Assembly (NCBI GenBank): GCA_016938455.1 | Contig: JAFGUQ010000062.1 | Span: forward strand, 2,477 to 66,476 | DNA length: 64,000 nt | Direction of reading: 5' to 3' | Origin: Clostridia bacterium | GTDB lineage: Bacteria; Bacillota; Clostridia; DUPQ01 | In this document: positions 59,220-64,000 of the stretch, piece after piece | Position numbering within the stretch: position 1 is the first letter of the stretch | Layout of the letters: each line of letters begins with the position of its first letter | Notes under the pieces: generated by a model | Seen by the model: only the letters and a program-made list of their open reading frames with translations | Told to the model about the DNA's origin: nothing | Database searches by the model: none | Position numbers and translations under genes: made by a program

Positions 59220-60245
59220 ATGACAGGAAAAGAAAATCTTCAACGTGCTATATCTTTTGGAGGGCCAGAGCACCTTCCCGTACAAATTGACATTAACTAT
59301 GAATGGTTAAATGAAAAGAACAATGAAAAAACAGAAAAGATAGAAAACCTCAGAAAAACCATTTTTGAAGATATGATTGTTTGTGGATATCATGCGCCTG
59401 AAAGAATTGAGAAGACAGAGAAATTAAATGAAAAAAAATGGTTTGATGAATGGAATGTCGGCTGGATTGACGACGGACATGGAGCCAGAACCTTTCAACA
59501 TCCTCTTGAAAAAGGATATCATTTAATAAATGAAGTTTCCTTTCCTGAAGGAGGAAATGAAGACTGGTTTATTTCCGCATCAGAGAGATATGCAAAAAAC
59601 AAAGATAAATATAAAGTGGGAACAGTCTGGTTTACTCTTTTTGAACGACTATGGATGCTTCGAGGATTCAATAATATGCTGATGGATCCATATTTAGATT
59701 ATGAAAATTTTGCTCTATTACAGGAAAAGGTACTTGAGTTCAATCTGAAGCAGATAGACAACTGGATAAAACTTAAGGCAGATGCCGTCTACTTCTCTGA
59801 TGACTGGGGCAGCCAACGAACTTTATTGATGAACCCTGAAGACTGGAGAAGGATATATAAACCGGCATATAAGAAAATGTTCCGGAAAGTAAGGGATAAT
59901 CATATGAATGTCTTTATGCATTTATGTGGAAATGTAATAGACATTCTACCCGATCTGATTGATATCGGATTAAATGTTTTAAATCCGGTACAGCCACAAG
60001 CCATGAACATAGATGAATTATCAAGAAGATTCGGAGGATATCTATGCTTTTACGGAGGTGTGGATGTACAAGGAACAATGGTAAACGGAACAAAACAGGA
60101 AGTAAAAGATGAGGTTCATCATCTTATCAGGCAACTTGGAAAATTTGGTGGCGGGTATATTGGCGGAACCAGTCATTCGATTATGCCTGAAACACCTCTT
60201 GACAATATTATTGCCATGTTAGAAGCTTTTAATGAATATCAGTAA
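59220..60245 (+). CDS. Uroporphyrinogen-decarboxylase (URO-D) family protein (MtaA-like fold), function unknown
   Basis: 341 aa. MHLCGNV...LNPVQP...GGVDVQGT resembles the URO-D/MtaA C-terminal barrel; a paralog of 10171..11238. Confidence 0.55.
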   Translation: MTGKENLQRAISFGGPEHLPVQIDINYEWLNEKNNEKTEKIENLRKTIFEDMIVCGYHAPERIEKTEKLNEKKWFDEWNVGWIDDGHGARTFQHPLEKGYHLINEVSFPEGGNEDWFISASERYAKNKDKYKVGTVWFTLFERLWMLRGFNNMLMDPYLDYENFALLQEKVLEFNLKQIDNWIKLKADAVYFSDDWGSQRTLLMNPEDWRRIYKPAYKKMFRKVRDNHMNVFMHLCGNVIDILPDLIDIGLNVLNPVQPQAMNIDELSRRFGGYLCFYGGVDVQGTMVNGTKQEVKDEVHHLIRQLGKFGGGYIGGTSHSIMPETPLDNIIAMLEAFNEYQ

Positions 60246-60967
60246 TTCTGCTGGAAAATTCTTTTTTTAAGACAAATAAGAAGAAATACAGGTATCTTAA
60301 GCATTCTTTTTAACCTTTTTGGTTGCGTGATTAGTCTGTGAAACCATTCTAGTGAGAGTTTCACAAAGATATCGGGTGTTTTTTTTACTTCACCGGCTAT
60401 GACGTCGATACTTCCGCCCACCCCCATGATGACAGCACAGTTAATTTGGTCTTGATGCTGATCAATGAAAATTTCCTGTTTTGGTGCACCAAGACCAACC
60501 ATAAGAAACTGTGCATGGCTTTGATTAATATCATCAATGATACCCGGGATGTCTTTCTCAGAAAAATATCCGTTTCTGTGGCCGCATATGGTAATGTTTT
60601 TATATTTCTCATTTATTATTTTAACTGCTTTATCTGTGACACCAGGTTTTGAACCAAGAAGATAACAAGAAACCTTCTGATTACTTTCAAAAATGGAAAG
60701 AGTCAGTTTAAAACCGCCTACCTTTTCTTTAACCGGCGTTTTTAAAATTCTGGAAGCAAGAACAACCCCCTGCCCGTCTGGTATCACTAAGGTGCCTCTA
60801 TTCAAGACCTCTCTGAAGGTACTGTTTTGATAAGCTTCCATGCAGATCTCTGCATTTGGAGTGTAAATTGTGTTTGTTTTCCCAGAGGATAAAAAGGCAA
60901 AAAATGTACTTTTCGCCTGTTCTCTGGTAATATTATCAACTAATGTCCCTAAAACATTAACTTTCAT
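60239..60967 (-). CDS. tagA: WecB/TagA/CpsF-family glycosyltransferase (N-acetylmannosaminyltransferase-like)
   Basis: 242 aa with TagA-family conserved blocks (VIPDGQG, GVGGS). Confidence 0.7.
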   Translation of the reverse strand: MKVNVLGTLVDNITREQAKSTFFAFLSSGKTNTIYTPNAEICMEAYQNSTFREVLNRGTLVIPDGQGVVLASRILKTPVKEKVGGFKLTLSIFESNQKVSCYLLGSKPGVTDKAVKIINEKYKNITICGHRNGYFSEKDIPGIIDDINQSHAQFLMVGLGAPKQEIFIDQHQDQINCAVIMGVGGSIDVIAGEVKKTPDIFVKLSLEWFHRLITQPKRLKRMLKIPVFLLICLKKRIFQQNY

Positions 60968-63212
60968 TTTTTTCTCCCTTTTTGTTTTTCAGCTCAATAG
61001 CCAATGAAGCATTTTCTATGGCTTTTATTCTTAATGAAGTGGATTGCTTACTTAGCTTATCTTTAATGTCAGTTTCGTTTTCTCTGATATAAGTATAAAC
61101 ACTGATAAGATTTTCAAGAGTAATATCTGATACATCTCCGGCAATTAATCTGTCAAGGCCAATATACTCCATAAAAGAAGACACTTTGGATTCATAGACA
61201 AGCGCAATCGGAGGGACATTACAGCAGGCGGCGAAAATTAAGGAATGTAATCTTACTCCAAGAAGAATATTCATTTTGCTGATGATTCCCATGGTTTCTT
61301 CTGCAGTATAATATTCAGATAGTATAAAAGAAGGTGTTTTCATCTGTCTGGCAATATTCTTGCTTAAAATAGAATCATCAATGTACTTTCTTTGCATGGG
61401 AATGAAGACTGTAGTGATGGCAAAATGATGAAAAAGGTAATCAGCGAAATCTGCAAGGACTTTAGAATATGCTTTTTCATGACCCTTCCATTCTCTGACA
61501 CAGACTCCAAGATAATTCCCGTCTGCAGGAATTCCCTCTCTTTTAAAAATTTCATAAACCCGTTTATCAGAGCATGGATAAGTAGTGACTGCAGGATCAG
61601 CAGTAATCACAATTCTGGGACGATTTATATTTAATGATTCAAGCAGTCCCAGAGAGGTGTCTTCACGTAAAGTAATCAAGTCGATTTTATTCATGACATA
61701 CCTCGTGACTAAGCGATTAAAACGCTTTTTAAGCATCTGTATGCCATTTGCATAGAGCATGGTCTTTAAACCAAGAAGTTTTGCTAAATACATGGTTCCT
61801 AAATAATATAATAAAGACCTGGTTGAAGAGCTTTCTTGAATGAGTGTTCCCCCACCGTAAATAAAAAGATCGGAACGTTTCATAGTAGATATGATGTTAA
61901 ACAGATTAAAGCGGCTGATTGAATCAACACCGATCATTTTAGTGGTGACAACAGGGTTTCTAGATAATATCAGTATTTTTATATCACTTTCGATATGCTT
62001 TAAATTATTAATAATGGAATCAAGCAATGCATCATCACCTATATTCATGAAACCATAATAACCGGACAGGATAATATCATATGACCTTTTGCCTTTTCCA
62101 ACCCATGAAAGAACATCACTGTAAGCATGGAGCTGTAAGCTGGCCATTTTTTCAATGGAAAAATCTTTTAATGCTTTCTGGTATAACCGTTCTCCAAATA
62201 ATGTTCTTTTCTCGTTATCAGAGGATAAATCGAGAATATAGGTGACAAGAGAGGCAATATCGTTTGGTTTGAAAAGATAACCGTTATTATCGTGCTCGAC
62301 TAAATCAGAAATACCTCCCACATCTGTACTGATACTAGCCAGTTTGAACATAGCACCTTCAAGAAGTGAATACGGAAAACCCTCACTTATGGAAGTGAGT
62401 ACGCTTATATCAAGAACACTCATCAGTTCATACGGATCTTTTAACCATCCCAGAAAATAAACAGTATCATTTAAATCTAAAGTTGCAGCTAGTTTCTTTA
62501 AGTTTTTAGCTTCATCCCCTTCACCGGCAATCAGAAACTTTATATTGCCATTGGCCTTTTTTACAAGTGAAGCAGCTTTTATTAATGTATCAATACTTTT
62601 AACAGGGTTCAATCTTGCTACAATTCCGACATATATATGGTTCGCTTCGTCTTTTATATGATATTTTTCCAGAAAATCTTTTTTCTCAGCAATATGAACA
62701 GGTTTTTTAAAATCGAGTCCATTACAAACCGGATAGATTCTGTTAGCATTAAAGCCTCTTGAAATCAGCATATTCCTGAAATTTTCAGTAACTGCAATAT
62801 GAGCATCCATTCTTCTAAGTAAAAAAGAATTAAGGATGCCTATTGTCATTTTCTTTAAGAAAGAATGCATATAGTCAAGCTTATAATCGCTGTGGATTGT
62901 AGTGATGGTAGGAAGTTTTGTTGCTCTTTTACAAAAATATCCGATAACATTGCCTTTTGCGCCGTGACAATGGATTAAATCGTATTTATTCTTTTTTATT
63001 AAACTGATGGTCTGTCTGATATCCTTCAAGATATTATTGTTTCTGATTACCTGTACATCAAGACCAAGCTCTTTTGCCTCTTCGGCAAAGATCCCCTGTC
63101 TGAAGGAAATTATTTTTACTTCAATTTGGCTGTTCAACTGCTTGACTAGAGATAAAACATGGACTTTTGCTCCACCTATATCTCCGCCACCAATCAAATG
63201 AATAACTTTCAT
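60957..63212 (-). CDS. Bifunctional GT4-family glycosyltransferase / polysaccharide pyruvyl transferase (CsaB-like) fusion
   Basis: N-terminal ~370 aa GT-B/GT4 fold (MKVIHLIGGGDIGGA, E-x7-E-like C-terminal motif). C-terminal ~380 aa has a polysaccharide pyruvyl transferase pattern (GYYGFMNIGDDALL). Confidence 0.6.
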   Translation of the reverse strand: MKVIHLIGGGDIGGAKVHVLSLVKQLNSQIEVKIISFRQGIFAEEAKELGLDVQVIRNNNILKDIRQTISLIKKNKYDLIHCHGAKGNVIGYFCKRATKLPTITTIHSDYKLDYMHSFLKKMTIGILNSFLLRRMDAHIAVTENFRNMLISRGFNANRIYPVCNGLDFKKPVHIAEKKDFLEKYHIKDEANHIYVGIVARLNPVKSIDTLIKAASLVKKANGNIKFLIAGEGDEAKNLKKLAATLDLNDTVYFLGWLKDPYELMSVLDISVLTSISEGFPYSLLEGAMFKLASISTDVGGISDLVEHDNNGYLFKPNDIASLVTYILDLSSDNEKRTLFGERLYQKALKDFSIEKMASLQLHAYSDVLSWVGKGKRSYDIILSGYYGFMNIGDDALLDSIINNLKHIESDIKILILSRNPVVTTKMIGVDSISRFNLFNIISTMKRSDLFIYGGGTLIQESSSTRSLLYYLGTMYLAKLLGLKTMLYANGIQMLKKRFNRLVTRYVMNKIDLITLREDTSLGLLESLNINRPRIVITADPAVTTYPCSDKRVYEIFKREGIPADGNYLGVCVREWKGHEKAYSKVLADFADYLFHHFAITTVFIPMQRKYIDDSILSKNIARQMKTPSFILSEYYTAEETMGIISKMNILLGVRLHSLIFAACCNVPPIALVYESKVSSFMEYIGLDRLIAGDVSDITLENLISVYTYIRENETDIKDKLSKQSTSLRIKAIENASLAIELKNKKGEKNES

Positions 63213-63295
63213 AAATTCTCCAAAAACCTTTATTGTTTATATTTTACCATATCAAAAGATGATATAATATACGTAATGTTTTGGAGGGTTTAAAA

Positions 63296-64000
63296 ATGCA
63301 TGTCCTTGATACCGCATCTCATCATTATTTCAAAAATAATGTTAAAAAACAAATATATAAAGTGTTTTATGAAGAAATAGAAAAACGCAGAAATATTGAA
63401 GAACTTGATGAATGGCTTCAATATAAAGAAAAGATCATGAGTGTTTTTAAAAACGCTTTCCCGGATGAATTTTTCGTAAAACCTGAAAAACTAAATTACA
63501 AAAAAGTGTCTTTCTTTGAATTTGACACTTTCAATATTGAAAATGTACTGATTGAAAGCATAACAGGGTGGTTTGTCAATGCAACTGTTTATTTGCCGAA
63601 AGAAAAAGGAAAATATCATGGTATTGTCTGTCCTACCGGCCACAGTTCGAAAACTTTTGATAATTACACCAGATCAAATCAGGTATTGGCAAGAAACGGG
63701 TATATTTCCATTTCTTTTGATCCTCCCGGGATGAAAGGTGAACATCAGGAGGGAAATGACCATTTTACAGATGGAGTCTTAGGTTTTTTATCTGGATTCT
63801 GGACTAATACTTTTTTTATTCTGGATGCTATCCGCTGTATTGATTATCTTGAAACCAGAGATGATGTCATTAAAGGTGAATATGGGATGACCGGAATTTC
63901 AGGAGGAGGAACTTCCACAATTTACGCATCTGTTCTTGATGAAAGAATCAAGGCTTGTGCACCTGTCTGCTGTGTCTCCAATGCACTTCATCATATTTTA
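63296..64000 (+). CDS. Alpha/beta-hydrolase (acetyl-esterase/dienelactone-hydrolase-like), 3' end runs off the window
   Basis: Absent from the ORF track because it runs off the window edge; found by manual reading. TATAAT and GGAGGG upstream; nucleophile elbow GISGGG. Confidence 0.5.
   Translation, partial: MHVLDTASHHYFKNNVKKQIYKVFYEEIEKRRNIEELDEWLQYKEKIMSVFKNAFPDEFFVKPEKLNYKKVSFFEFDTFNIENVLIESITGWFVNATVYLPKEKGKYHGIVCPTGHSSKTFDNYTRSNQVLARNGYISISFDPPGMKGEHQEGNDHFTDGVLGFLSGFWTNTFFILDAIRCIDYLETRDDVIKGEYGMTGISGGGTSTIYASVLDERIKACAPVCCVSNALHHIL

Overview
This 64 kb window is from a low-GC, Firmicutes-like chromosome and spans the replication origin. On the minus strand: dnaA, dnaN, yaaA (S4), recF, DUF370/remB, gyrB, then soj/parA, spo0J/parB, DUF4446 and two tRNA-Ser. 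Diverging on the plus strand: rpmH, rnpA, yidD, yidC, jag/khpB, mnmE, mnmG, rsmG. oriC is inferred in the AT-rich gaps flanking dnaA. Two near-consensus parS palindromes bracket parAB, and gyrA is absent after gyrB. The remaining ~39 kb (positions 1 to 43.5k) looks like accessory metabolic and cell-surface cargo. It contains: a PadR/DUF2812 pair with a Rieske oxygenase-like gene and an APH-family phosphotransferase; a TRAP transporter operon; an ECF-type sigma factor with a small membrane protein; a cytoplasmic Cys-type sulfatase; an intracellular GH78 rhamnosidase/esterase/URO-D-like operon; a DEAD-box helicase; two tandem ABC-F ATPases; a MacB/FtsX-type ABC exporter followed by a radical-SAM/SPASM enzyme; a CPA2 antiporter overlapped by a PII-like gene; a GH29 fucosidase; a GntR-controlled operon of a CrtI-like FAD oxidoreductase, an FNR-like/[2Fe-2S] reductase and an alpha/beta-hydrolase fused to a polytopic membrane domain; a 1866-aa surface protein rich in Listeria-Bacteroides (GW-type) repeats next to an unusual HTH+LuxR regulator; and an orphan PAS histidine kinase, a TetR regulator and a CDP-alcohol phosphatidyltransferase. 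Downstream of rsmG are a second URO-D-like gene, tagA and a GT4-CsaB (pyruvyltransferase) fusion. No CRISPR array, transposase or integrase was seen. All calls are motif or architecture level from reading the translations; no database searches were run.
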